A stretch of DNA of 64,000 nucleotides from Octopus bimaculoides (Eukaryota), in assembly GCF_001194135.2 (NCBI RefSeq), contig NC_068983.1, positions 88,640,677 through 88,704,676 on the forward strand, written 5' to 3'. Position 1 is the first letter of the stretch. The number at the start of each line of letters is the position of its first letter. Under the pieces are notes generated by a model, which saw only the letters and a list, made by a program, of their open reading frames with translations, was not told where the DNA came from and ran no database searches. The position numbers were made by a program, and so were the translations under genes. Shown here one piece after another: positions 38,230-49,958 of the stretch.

Positions 38230-39575
38230 CACTCACTTGTTTATCATAGTCCTCCAGGCCACAACAGAGTAATTTAAGACAGGTTGCCCTTGGGAGGTTC
38301 TCTATACCATACTGAATCACTACTAGAACTAGAGAAGAAATTTCAAGTGTGAAAGCAATGTCTGGAAGCAAAGAGCCTTAGAGTTAATTTAGCAAAGACC
38401 TAAGTCCTAGTTAGTAGGAAAACAGACAAATCACTGATCCCTTCTGGGAGATTACTCTGCTTGATATGTGTGTAAGTAGGAACTCCATACGGTGTACCCA
38501 GTGCAAGTTATGGACATATAAGAGGTGCAACAGTATCACAGGAAGGTTAACAGAGGAAGGAGCCTTTGTGTGTAGAAGGTGTACAGGTGTGCAGGTGCAT
38601 TAAACACTAGGAATGTACAGAAAATGGACTCCTTCAATTGTTGGGGAGGGAGGGATCCTTAGAAGTAGTAGACAGTTTCCATTATTTAGGTAACCAAGTT
38701 AGCAGTGGAGGAGTTAGTTCTGAAAGCACAGTTGCTAGAATAAGAATAAGCTAGGCAAAGTTCAGAGAACTAGTGCCTTTGTTTGTAACAAAAGGCCTCT
38801 CTCTCAGGGTGAAAGGCAGATTGTATAATGCCTGTGTACAAATAGTTATGCTTCACAGCAGTGAGACATGGGCTGTGACCACTGAAGACATGCGAAGGCT
38901 TGAAAGAAATGAAGTCAGTATGCTCCACTGGGTGGGTAATGTCAGTGTACATGTACAACAAAGAGTAAGTGATTAGAGAGAAAAATTGGGTATACAAGGA
39001 ATCAGAACTAGTGAGCAAGATAGAAGACTCAGCTGGTATGGTCATGTGATGTGCATGTGTGAGGAAAGGTGCATCAAGAAGTACTGATCTCTGACTGTGG
39101 AGGGGACATGTTAAAGGGTAGACCCAAGACGGAGGACAAAGTGGTGAGAAAAGATCTTCAGATGTTGGGTCTCACAGAGGAGATGACAAGGAACTGAGAT
39201 TGCTAGCAGTTTGCTGTGCTTGAGAAGACATGTCAAGCTAAGTAAAATCGTGGTCATCCATACATTCAAGCATCTACGTCCCTCTATCAGCTGAAACATT
39301 CTACTCTTGTGGGCTCATAGATGTTGGAGCTGTGTAAAAGCACTCATACTGATAATATATAAAAGCACTTGTGCCAATATCATATTAAAGCATCAGTAAA
39401 GTGTTACATTAAAAACTCTGTAAAGTAGCTGGCATTAGAAAGAGCATCCAGCCATAGAAACCATGCTAAAACAGATAAATGGAGCCCAGGTTGCTCTCCA
39501 GCTGGCCAGCTCCTGGCAAACCATCCAACCCATGTCAACATGGAGAACAGACATTAAATGATGATGATGATGATG
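38230..39575 (+). mobile_element. Decayed RTE LINE (PHD family), RT C-half and 3' tail
   Basis: LFIIVLQA, partial PHD, FHYLGNQVSS, KGLSLRVKGRLYNACV, SSETWAVT. A tail ending in (GAT)n lies at 39390-39575. Confidence 0.82.
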
Positions 39576-39784
39576 AAGATATATATATATATATTCATTC
39601 ATGTCATCATCATCATTTAACATTTATGTTCCATAGTGTTAGGATATGTTTATGCATGTGTGTGTGTTATGCACACACACATATACACATATGATTATTG
39701 CTTTCTAATCTCATCTTCTATTTCTGTAAAGAATAGTTCACAACATAAATAAAACCACTTTCATCATTGTTTCATATCTGTACA

Positions 39785-39842
<58 letters not shown>

Positions 39843-39899
39843 CACAAACATTCACACGAATGCATACAAAATCACTGTTTTTTAATATTTATCTTGTAT

Positions 39900-40500
39900 G
39901 CTATCACGAGTTGGATGGTTCCACAAGATCTAACAAACTGCAGGACAGCATCAAACCCCAAGACCTGCTTTGGCATAGATTCTACAGCTGGATGTCCTCC
40001 CTAATACCAACCACTTTACAGAGTGTACAAGATGCTTTTTCATGATACAAACACTAATGAGGTCACCCATTAATGGTGGGGGGGGGTGTAAAAGAGAGGG
40101 AGTTGGCTTTATGCCAAGTGTTGACAGGCAAATATGGTAGAAGAGACAGAAACAGATACATTGCTTTAGAGGAGATACATGGCTATGCTTGCTGGAAGGA
40201 GAGGAAATGCTGGTGGTGATAAGGTGTCAGGGTGTACCTGAAAAGTATAAGAAGAGGACTTTAAAGAGAGAATAGAGACAGAGGATCAAAGAGCTTGTGA
40301 GAGTGTGAAAGAATATTGACAGGTGATAAAATATGAAGATAAAGGTGAATGTAGTGAATGGTGAGCAAAGGAGGGAAAATGAGAAGGTTAAGGGAACAGT
40401 GTAGAAAGAAGCAGAGGGTCCAATTACTAGAACAAGGAGCAGCAGCCTAGAAGAAGAGAAAATATGAAAGAAAGAGAATGTAATGAATATTTACAAGAGA
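39900..40500 (-). mobile_element. Non-coding RTE-derived element (same type as 26750-27355)
   Basis: RTE 3' tail in reverse at 39900-40050, followed by a purine-rich plus-strand tract (pyrimidine-rich on the minus strand). Confidence 0.5.
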
Positions 40501-40588
40501 TGAGAGAAAGAACTTAATATAGAATAAAAAATAAAAATGAACAAGAACATCAAGAAACCTGGAGACATACAGTTGAATGTTACAACAT

Positions 40589-40594
<6 letters not shown>

Positions 40595-40621
<27 letters not shown>

Positions 40622-40960
40622 GTTTAATGTCCGCTTTCCATGCTAGCATGGGTTGGACGATTTGACTGAGGACTGGTGAAACCAGATGGCTACACCAGGC
40701 TCCAATCTGATTTGGCAGAGTTTCTACAGCTGGATGCCCTTCCTAACGCCAACCACTCTGAGAGTGTAGTGGGTGCTTTTACATGCCACCCACACAAAGG
40801 CCAGTCAGGTGGTACTGGCAACGGCCATGCTCAAAATGGTGTATTTTATGTGCCACCCGCACAAGAGCCAGTCCAGGGGCACTGGCAACGATCTCGTTCG
40901 AAAGTCCTTACACAAGTGCCAGAAAGGCGATGCTGGGCACAGGTGCCATCACGAGCATGA
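40595..40960 (-). mobile_element. RTE 3' UTR fragment with about 3 hairpin repeat units
   Basis: (CAT)n-CGTTTAATGTCCGCTTTCCATGCTAGCATGG, followed by repeats homologous to 160-350. Confidence 0.85.
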
Positions 40961-40969
40961 ATATTGTAT

Positions 40970-41560
40970 GTGACCATTGTGAAGTTCTTAGATTTATAAA
41001 TGAAGCTCTGAATTCTTGCCAGAATGGAAAAATGATTCCTCGACTCCAGCCTTAACCAGAAGAACTGAGAAGATTTTTTTTTAATGAAAATAATGCAGAA
41101 TCAATCACTTTCAGTAAAAATATTGGGGGAGCAGGTAAGTCAATTACATCATCTCCAGTGCTCAACTGGTACTTGTTTTATCAAACCTGGAAGGATGATA
41201 GGCAAAGTCAACCCCAGAGGAATTTGAACTTACAGCATAAAGACAGTAAAAATATTAAGAACTACAATTGTGTCTTTTCTTTTGCTTCCTTTGGAGTAAA
41301 TTTAAGTACCCATGAAGGACAGGGTCCTCATTGTTTCAAAGTTCATGGACAAATTTGCATACATGTGTAACTCTTCATCTTGAAAATCAAAACTCACAAT
41401 ACAATATGATCAGTTATATGTAATAGGTGCTAATGAAGCATTGCAACCTGGGATGGAAGTTCAAGATTGTTTACTTCTTGACATAAAGTGGAAAATAATA
41501 GATAACAATTTACAAAGTATAAGAATTACATAGCTTCTATAGATGCTGTTTGCTGAAAAT
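40970..41560 (+). mobile_element. Helitron RepHel N-terminal relic interrupted by a SINE A fragment (about 41120-41255)
   Basis: SCQNGKMIPRLQP*PEELK, then NYNCVFSFASFG...GPHCFKVHGQI and QLYVIGANEAL, matching the conserved Helitron motifs CCxxGK, YNxxFxFxS.G, GPxxFxIHGQ and QLY. Confidence 0.65.
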
Positions 41561-41672
41561 GCAATTTCACTGCTATCTATGTGGACTTTTACATCATCTA
41601 AAGAACCAGATACTTCAGAAAAAAAACACAATTCTATCTTACAATTTTCAAAATAACTGTAGAATTTCCATG

Positions 41673-41674
41673 GA

Positions 41675-41722
<48 letters not shown>

Positions 41723-41725
41723 CAT

Positions 41726-41790
<65 letters not shown>

Positions 41791-41818
41791 TTACTACTAT
41801 TACTACTACTACTACTAC
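41673..41818. repeat. (ACT)n microsatellite
   Basis: Direct inspection. Confidence 0.97.
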
Positions 41819-42057
41819 AATTGATCTCTCTTTAAACATGTTTATTACATTTCAAGTTGTACTATCAATGATTGAAGACTCATGGAACAATTTTACCGAA
41901 TTTTTTAAGAACTCATTTATGCATGTATATCAATATGTGTGAGATTATTGTGCGTGTGTATGTGTGGGTACAGTTCTAGTATATGGTTGATTAGATATAA
42001 ATAGATTCACTGACTGTTTTTGTTCATTGTATTTTTTTTTTATATATAGTTTATGAT

Positions 42058-42102
<45 letters not shown>

Positions 42103-43499
42103 ATAAAATCATACATACATATGTAAATATACATAAAACACAAGTTTGGATTTACCCATTGTATTCTCACTAATGCTGCAGTTGGCCAATCTTCTGCCAT
42201 TCACACAACACTGGGAAAATTTTTTTTTCTTTTGTGCTTAATGTTGAATTGTGTGTTGATGTTTGTGTGTATACTGATCTGTGAGTAAGTCTCTCACAAT
42301 AATGACAATAGATGTTTGCTAAGGTTGCACATAATGAAATTACTACCAAATGATTATTATTTCTATTATTGTTGTCATTTTTATTTTTACTATCAGTGCT
42401 GGTATTATAATCATTATTACAATCAACATTATTATTATTATTATTGTTATTGTTGTTGTTGTTGTCATTATTATTATTGCTTTGTGCCTATGTTAGAAAT
42501 CAGCAGTGTTGGTGGTGGTGGGAACTAGTAATAATATCAGTATTATTATAACCTGTTGCTGCTACCCACCACCTTCATTTTGTTCCACAACTTGCTTCTT
42601 GTTGTAGTAGAACCAATTTCTAATTCTTGAGGAACGATTGTTGTGTAAATATTTGTAAGAGCCTATTTATCCCATATATACCTGTTTGAATGTGTGTGCG
42701 TGTGTATATTTCTATTTATACATAACATATTACACACACACATGTATGTAAATATGATAAGTTTCTCAAGTCAATACCTTTGTCTGCAAGCAGCTTTCGT
42801 GTATATATATATATATATATATACACATGCTTTATGTATGCTGTTTCTTGTTCTTGAATTGTAGCTACAAGAAGTGGTTCTAAAGAACTTAACAGTCCCT
42901 GAAGTTTTAATCATGATGAAGTATGTGTAATGATAGTACAAAGTGCACATATATCTCTGAATATATATAAATGAACAAGATAAAAAGAGTAGAGAATACT
43001 TATAGTTGGAATTACTTATTGATTTGCTTGAATGTGTGGTTCAACTCTTTTGCTAATCATTTGAAAAGGTTAATATTACAGAATTGTTATTTTGCAAAAT
43101 TTACTTTGACAAATATTCTTTAAAATCAGAAACTCAGAAGAATGACAAGTTCTTTGTCACAGCCTTAGGTTAAAAGAAGCATATTTGTGTCATATTTGTT
43201 TGTATGTACCTTTTATCATGGACAAACACAATCACGTGGTTTCCATACTGTTGATTCTTCAGTATGAATAACGAATGCTTTTACAGCCTACACTGGTAAA
43301 GTTGAAAGTTTACTTTCACATTCGCTTTTTGTTTCATTTATGAGACAGAACTTTTTTTAGCGTATTTTATATAGTAATTATAATAAATTTGACCAAACAC
43401 TGCAATATTAAAGAAAAGTCAATGCATGTTATATATGAATGTTTATTACAAACAAATAAACACAATTTGAGTGTGTGAACTTGTCTCTTGACAGAGCTA

Positions 43500-44390
43500 C
43501 AGTACTGAGATCAAGCAAAGGCAAGATTGGGTGGCTAGCATCTAGAATATTATTAGATGCTCACAGATCTCTATGTCAGGCAATGTGGTCCGTGGTATGT
43601 AAAGCCTTGCATTTTGTAAAGGGTTGGATGTGGGTAAGAACAATGATAATCTCAAAGAGAGTTTAGGTATTGACAAAACCAACTGAACATTCTATTCAAG
43701 AAGACTTTGAACTTGGGTATTAAAGACAAATTTCAGAAATCCTTAGCCTGTCAGAACTACAAAGGAAAGAGTGAGGATCATTGCAAATCTGAGAAGCTCT
43801 AACAGCATGGAAGTGCTGTCAGCCAAGCCTGTCTGAGATACATGCAAAATAATGAAACCAATCTGTATACATTCATTCAATGTCTAATCACAATTGACTA
43901 GTAAAGTTATGTAGAATGGCTGTTGTTGCATGTAGAACAAGTCCTGATCTCTCTCTCTCTCTCTCTCTCTCCCTTCTCTTTCTCCCCTCTCTCTCTCTTT
44001 CCTACAAGTATGTCTTAACTATAACTCCAGCGGTGAGCATTTGACAATCTCCATTTAAATACTGACTTCATAAATACGATGGTAGTGAGACATGGTCACT
44101 GAATGCAGAGAATGCGCAAAGGTTGGAAAGAAATGAAGCCAGCAAGCACCACTTGATGTGTAATGTTAATGGTACATGAGCCAAGAGATGAATTGGATAT
44201 AAAAAGAATCAGAAATAGTGTGCAAGAGAAATGACAGTTTTGTTATGGACATATAATATATATGGATGGCCACAGCTAGATAAAGAAATACCAGAAAATC
44301 TAAGTGGAAAGAAACTATGGAAGCAGAAAACCAAAGAAGACATGGGCAGAAGTGGAGAAAGCTGACTTCAAGATGTTGAATCTCTCAGAA
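43500..44390 (+). mobile_element. Highly decayed RTE-like remnant
   Basis: ACATGGTCACTGAATGCAGAG...GGAAAGAAATGAAGCCAG...GTGTGCAAGAGAAATGAC...TATGGACAT resembles the RTE C-terminal coding region. Confidence 0.45.
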
Positions 44391-44518
44391 GAATAACATG
44401 AAAGGCAACAAATGGTGAGACACTATATGCAAGCATGGAACTGAAAGCATAAAAAGTTGATGATGATGGTGATGAACAGAGATTACCAATTTTACTTTTT
44501 CACTAGATACAGAAAGCC

Positions 44519-44598
<80 letters not shown>

Positions 44599-44638
44599 NN
44601 NNNNNNNNTGTGTGTTTGTGTGTGTGTGTGTGTGTGTG
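44519..44638. repeat. (TG)n microsatellite spanning an assembly gap
   Basis: Direct inspection. Confidence 0.95.
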
Positions 44639-45133
44639 CTTGTGAATATATGTGGGGGGGGGCACGCACACAAATATGCATGTATGTGTACATGCATGTG
44701 CATATATACATAAGACTTTTTTTTTATTGATCTTGCAGTATGACAGAATCTACAAACAAAAAAAAGTGAGATATGTTTCATAGAGAGATAGGAGACACTT
44801 ATCCATCTGCTATATTTTAGAGGAAAATTACACATCCATAGCACTGCGGAAGACACTTAGTTCTTATAGCAACATAACTCCAACAATATTACAAAATAAA
44901 TATTGAAAACAAGTTGGTGAGGGGATCCATCAACACATTTTTGGAGACTGACTCATTTCCAACATTTTATTGGTATTCACTACATATTAACATAACTATA
45001 AAAAGCTTCTTACATATCTCCAGTATCATACACACAATGCATAAACATATTAGTAAAAAAAAGTCCCATATCTTAAAATTAATAAATTTCAATGTAACAA
45101 CTATCAAACAGATTTAGGTGAATAAATGCTTAC

Positions 45134-45216
45134 CGGTCTTCATTTCTTGAAATGGACTGACGCAGCTTTATCATTTCTCGGTCAACCCTTCGTAGTTCTC
45201 CTTCAGTTTTCATAAG
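45134..45216 (-). CDS. Internal coding exon: LMKTEGELRRVDREMIKLRQSISRNED(R)
   Basis: Acceptor ttttttatcacacag and donor CG|gtaagc. 83 nt, phase 0 to phase 2, compatible with both neighbouring exons. Confidence 0.88.
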
Positions 45217-46309
45217 CTGTGTGATAAAAAAAAAAACAAAAAAAACAATGTTTAAGAGAGTAAATGATAGTAATGATTTCTTTTGCAGTTGAACTGCTTT
45301 TAAATGGAAAGTTAACATGATTGCATTTTGACCTGTATATTACTGATACACACACACAACAAATATGTATAAAAGATTATTAAATAACACAAGATAAATT
45401 GTTGAACTCAAGAATGAATAAAGGTATATAAAATAATTCTTGAATTATTGAAACTATATCTGTTTCTAGAGAGGATAGATTAGTTGCTTGCTGCAGACTC
45501 CAAATGAGAAGGGTAGATAATCACAAAAATAAAGAATTTTCCAAAATAGACATGACATTGCTTACCCAAGCCATAAATGAATTCTACTTATTTGTTGTAT
45601 ACATTGAAGTGTCTTGTTTTCTGAAGATAAAGTAGGATAATTGCTGTGCTGAGGCAGAAATACATCAATAGCCCATCTTGTTTTCAAGACAAGCAGACTG
45701 TGTTTTCCTTAATAGCATCAATTTAAGAGAATTCTTGATACTTTAGGTTATTTCTTCTAAAGTTGGTACCAGAGATAGTTTCAATAAATCAATAATTTAC
45801 TTTATATACCCTCATTCATCTTTAAGCTCATTTTCATTTCATTTGTGTATATATTTGTGTGTATATATACACAGAGAGACATATTATACACACATATTCA
45901 TGAGCATATATATACATATATACGCACACACACACACACACACACACACATACTTATATGTTGCAATTTTGTAAAGTCATTAGAACAGAGGATAGAATGC
46001 CTTTCAGTGTTTATTCTGAATCTCAATATACTGAGTTCAAGTTGCACTGAGATCAACTTTAACTTCCAGCCCTTCAGGGTTGATAAATAAGATATCAGTT
46101 CAGCATAATGATTAATTCTTCTCTTTCAGTAAGAAATCACCTGTAGTTGGATGTGAAGATGGAGAGGGTATGCCAGGTTTAAAATGCCTGAGATACACTG
46201 CATCTCATAACACAGTGACCCTATGATTCCATTGAAGACCTAAAGTAGTGCACACACACACACTCACTCTCTCTCTCTCTCTTATTAGCAACAAATGAGA
46301 GAAGAAATA

Positions 46310-46524
46310 TTGGTTTCAAATTTTAGTAAAAGGCCAGCTATTTCAGGGGATAAGATAGGTCGATTATATCAACTCCAGTGCTCAACTGGTGCTTATTATA
46401 TCAACCTCAAAAGGATGAAAGGCAAAGTTGACTTCAGTGGAATCTGAACTCAGAACACAAAGACAGATGAAATGCTGTTAAACATTTTGCCCAGCATGCT
46501 AACAATTCTACCAGCTTGCCACCT
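46310..46524 (-). mobile_element. SINE family A copy
   Basis: Homologous to 9743-9955 over its full length. Confidence 0.78.
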
Positions 46525-46822
46525 GAATAGGAGAAGAGATATTAAATTCAAAAGCAGAGTGCATTAGTTTATTTGGGGCTCATCTGCTGGCCAGTTAGTC
46601 TGGAGTTTCTCTGATGTGTAGTAACATGAACTGTTGTTCTCCTCAGTCTCTCTATGAAAGCATATACACACACAAACATGCCTACACACACACACACACA
46701 TGTATATATATGTGTGTGTGTGTGTGTGTATGTAGAAGGTTGAAAAGGAACACAGAAGTTCATATGTATAAGGAAAATAAGACAAGGTAGAAAATGATAA
46801 AATAATTTTATCATGAAGAACA

Positions 46823-48290
46823 TTTTAGTACCGGTTTCAGTCATTGTGACTTTTTCAACTTAGAGTAAAGTATGAAGAACAATTAAATTAAATGAAATGT
46901 TTTTTTAAAATTATTTCCATAGTTTTCCAAATGCAAGGGACATTTTCCATTTTTCTGCCTGAGTCTATCTCTCTTTTTTCACTCTTGTGGGTTCTGGGNN
47001 NNNNNNNNNNNNNNNNNNNNNNNNNNCTGGGAAGTTAGCAGCAGCTAGATTGATATGAATTCTTGTCTTTGATTGTTTAAGCAGCAGTAGTAGTAGAGAA
47101 AGGAGGAGATGGAGGAGAAAAGAATGCGGGAGTAGTATGACGGTAGCAGGATGTTAAATGGTCGAGTGACCTAAAAGTGACACATTGTGGATGACAGTAG
47201 TGATTGGAATTGTTCTGAATAAATTCTTGAGGTGATTGTTTTGAATGCATCATTTTTAATATTTGCGAGGGTGTTATTCAAAGACCCTGGTTAATATGTC
47301 ATTTGTTGTGGATGCATTCAAAAGGGGTTTGTATTTTGTGATAAAGAATGACTCTTCACTAATGCATTGACTACAGGTTGTATCATCCTTGAATTGATAG
47401 AGGGGAAAAATTCTGAAGATGGGTTTTTTGTTATTGGTGCAAAAGTCGATGTGTTCACTGAATGCTATTTTTCAGTTTTTCAGAATTTTGATCTGGGATC
47501 TGTGTAGAGCCATCCTTTGACATACACTCTTTTTTGTTTGGCCTATGTATTGCTCTTAACACCCAGAGCAGGTTAATACGTATATCAGGTTCTCCGAAGC
47601 ACATGTGAAGTTGCTTTCCACTGTGAAACGTTGTCCCTGTTTGAAAGAGAACTCTGATCTCTCAATAAGATTGATGTATATACCACAGTTAGGTCTTCCA
47701 CATTTTTTTACTGATGGCTTCAGTGTTGTTGAACATACTTGGGCTTGTGTTTGGAAACTTTTCATAGATTTGGGTTGTCTTTTGCTTTTTATGATGGTGT
47801 GTGTTTGGAGGATTAAATTCATTCTGTGCTCTGTTTTTAGTAGGGGAATGTTTTGGAGGATGGTGTCGAAGGCTTCATTGTTAAGAGGGTTGTGCATGGG
47901 GATGTATGGTAGGGCTTTGGGTTGTAAATCCTTCTTTAATTCTGGGATGTCTGAGTTTGTGGATGTTGAGATGAAGGGAACATTGAAAGTATATGTCAAT
48001 TAGTGATGGTGGGTAGTTCCTGGTGTTGAGTGTATCCTTTAGTTCATGTAGTCATGTCTCCCTGGTACTTGTATTAGAAACTATAGTACAAATCCTTTTT
48101 GCTAGGTTGAAAGGGATATTCATTCTAGTGTGTCTGGGGTGGCATGAGTTGAATGGTAAATATTGCTTGGAGTCCATGGGCTTATAGTATATATCTATTT
48201 CTATTTAGTTGTTAGATTTTTTAATGAGGATGTTGAGGAAAGGAAGTTGTTGATGGCTATATTCCATTGTGAATTGAACGCTTATGTCAA
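46823..48290 (-). mobile_element. 5'-truncated Penelope-like element (Neptune-type): RT thumb, GIY-YIG EN and 3' pseudo-LTR
   Basis: IDIYYKPMDSKQYLPFNSCHPRHTRMNIPFNLAKRI; KCGRPNCG; FTCASENLIYVLTCSGC*EQYIGQT; KYKPLLN. A hammerhead-like motif lies at 46823-46865. Confidence 0.88.
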
Positions 48291-49910
48291 GTCCTGCTCT
48301 GAGTGTCGAGAGCAATACATAGGCCAAACAAAAAACAGTGTACATCAAAAGATGGCTTTGCACTTTTAGGTCACTTGACCATTTAACATCCTGCTACTGT
48401 CATACCACTCCCGCATTCTTTTATTATTATTATTATTCAGTAGTTTTATTTTTATAACATGCTTTCACTTCACTACCGAGCGCAGTTCTGTGTGCCTTGG
48501 GTATGTGCTGTGGTTTGCTGTGATGCTCTTATGGTTAGTGTATTGAAAGTGTTTTGCGTAGGATGTGTGCAGTGCCCAGTAGTGCAATTTTCTGTATGTT
48601 ATCTATATTTGTAAGTCGTGGTGTTTTTGTTATGTATTTGTCTGAATATTTTTTTATTATACCTAAGGCACCTACTATGATAGGAATTGTTTCTGTTTTT
48701 AGATTCCACATTCGAGTTACCTCTATTTCCAGGTCTTTGTATTTTGAAAGTTTTTCCATTTCTNNNNNNNNNNNNNNNNNNNNNNNNNNNNNNNNNNNNN
48801 NNNNNNNNNNNNNNNNNNNNNNNNNNNNNNNNNNNNNNNNNNNNNNNNNNNNNNNNNNNNNNNNNNNNNNNNNNNNNNNNNNNNNNNNNNNNNNNNNNNN
48901 NNNNNNNNNNNNNNNNNNNNNNNNNNNNNNNNNNNNNNNNNNNNNNNNNNNNNNNNNNNNNNNNNNNNNNNNNNNNNNNNNNNNNNNNNNNNNNNNNNNN
49001 NNNNNNNNNNNNNNNNNNNNNNNNNNNNNNNNNNTGGCATATCCCAGAGTATGGTTGCTTTCTCGTTTTCTGTGACCTTTTCTGGCGTGTGTTTATACCA
49101 TCCTTTTTCTGTTGTTATTCCATAGTGTTGGCATAGCTTCCAGTGCATATAGGTCCCAGCTCTGTCATGTCTGTGGATATATTCTGGGCAGCCAGATATA
49201 ATATGATTTATTGTTTCTTGTCCATTGCCACATATTCTGCAGTTACTTTTTGTTTTTCTTGTGTTTTGTGGCTATTTGTATTAGTTTTCCTTGCTTCTGA
49301 AGTAGGTATTTTTGCAGTCCTATGGTGGTTATTTTATAATAGTTTTCAAGCTGTATAAGACCCCTACCACCTTCTGTACATTGTATATATAGACTTTCTA
49401 TGTCAGATTTTGGGTGGTGCATCCTAGATCCTGTCATTATTATTATTATTATTATTATCATTATTCTCTGCCAATTCCTTTCTCTACTATTACTGCTGTT
49501 TAAATAATCAAAGACAAGAATTCATATCAAACTAGCTGCTGCTAACTGCCTAGAACCCACAAGAGTAAAAAAGAGAGACAGAGACAGACAGTAAAATGGA
49601 AAATGTCCCTTGCATTTGAAAAACTATGGAAATAATTTTTTTAAAAAACATTTCATTTCAATTTAATTGTTCTTCATACTTTACTCTAAATTGAAAAAGT
49701 CGCAATGACTTTTTCCCCTCTATCAATTCAAAGATGATACAACCTGTAGTCAATGTATTAGTGAAGAGTCATTCTTTATCACAAAATACAAACCCCTTTT
49801 GAATGCATCCACAACAAATGACATATTAACCAGGGTCTTTGAATAACACCCTCGCAAATATTAAAAATGATGCATTCAAAACAATCACCTCAAGAATTTA
49901 TTCAGAACAA
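48290..49910 (+). mobile_element. Inverted, rearranged copy of the same Penelope 3' region, split by an R4 insertion
   Basis: 48295-48420 and 49460-49710 are reverse complements of 47490-47570/47110-47180 and 46840-47110. 49711-49910 matches 47216-47410 in reverse. Confidence 0.8.
48421..49445 (-). mobile_element. R4/Dong-like element (subfamily 2), 5'-truncated, inserted in (ATT)n
   Basis: HHPKSDIESLYIQCTEGGRGLI, HWKLCQHYG, KYKDLEIEVTRMW...IIVGALG...LLGTAHILRK. (ATT)n on both sides. Confidence 0.88.
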
Positions 49911-49920
49911 NNNNNNNNNN

Positions 49921-49954
<34 letters not shown>

Positions 49955-49958
<4 letters not shown>

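Noticed and set aside
42865-42920. 56-nt plus-strand exon-like segment (LQEVVLKNLTVPEVLIMM) antisense within the intron
   Set aside because: Good splice signals, but no partner exons or homology.
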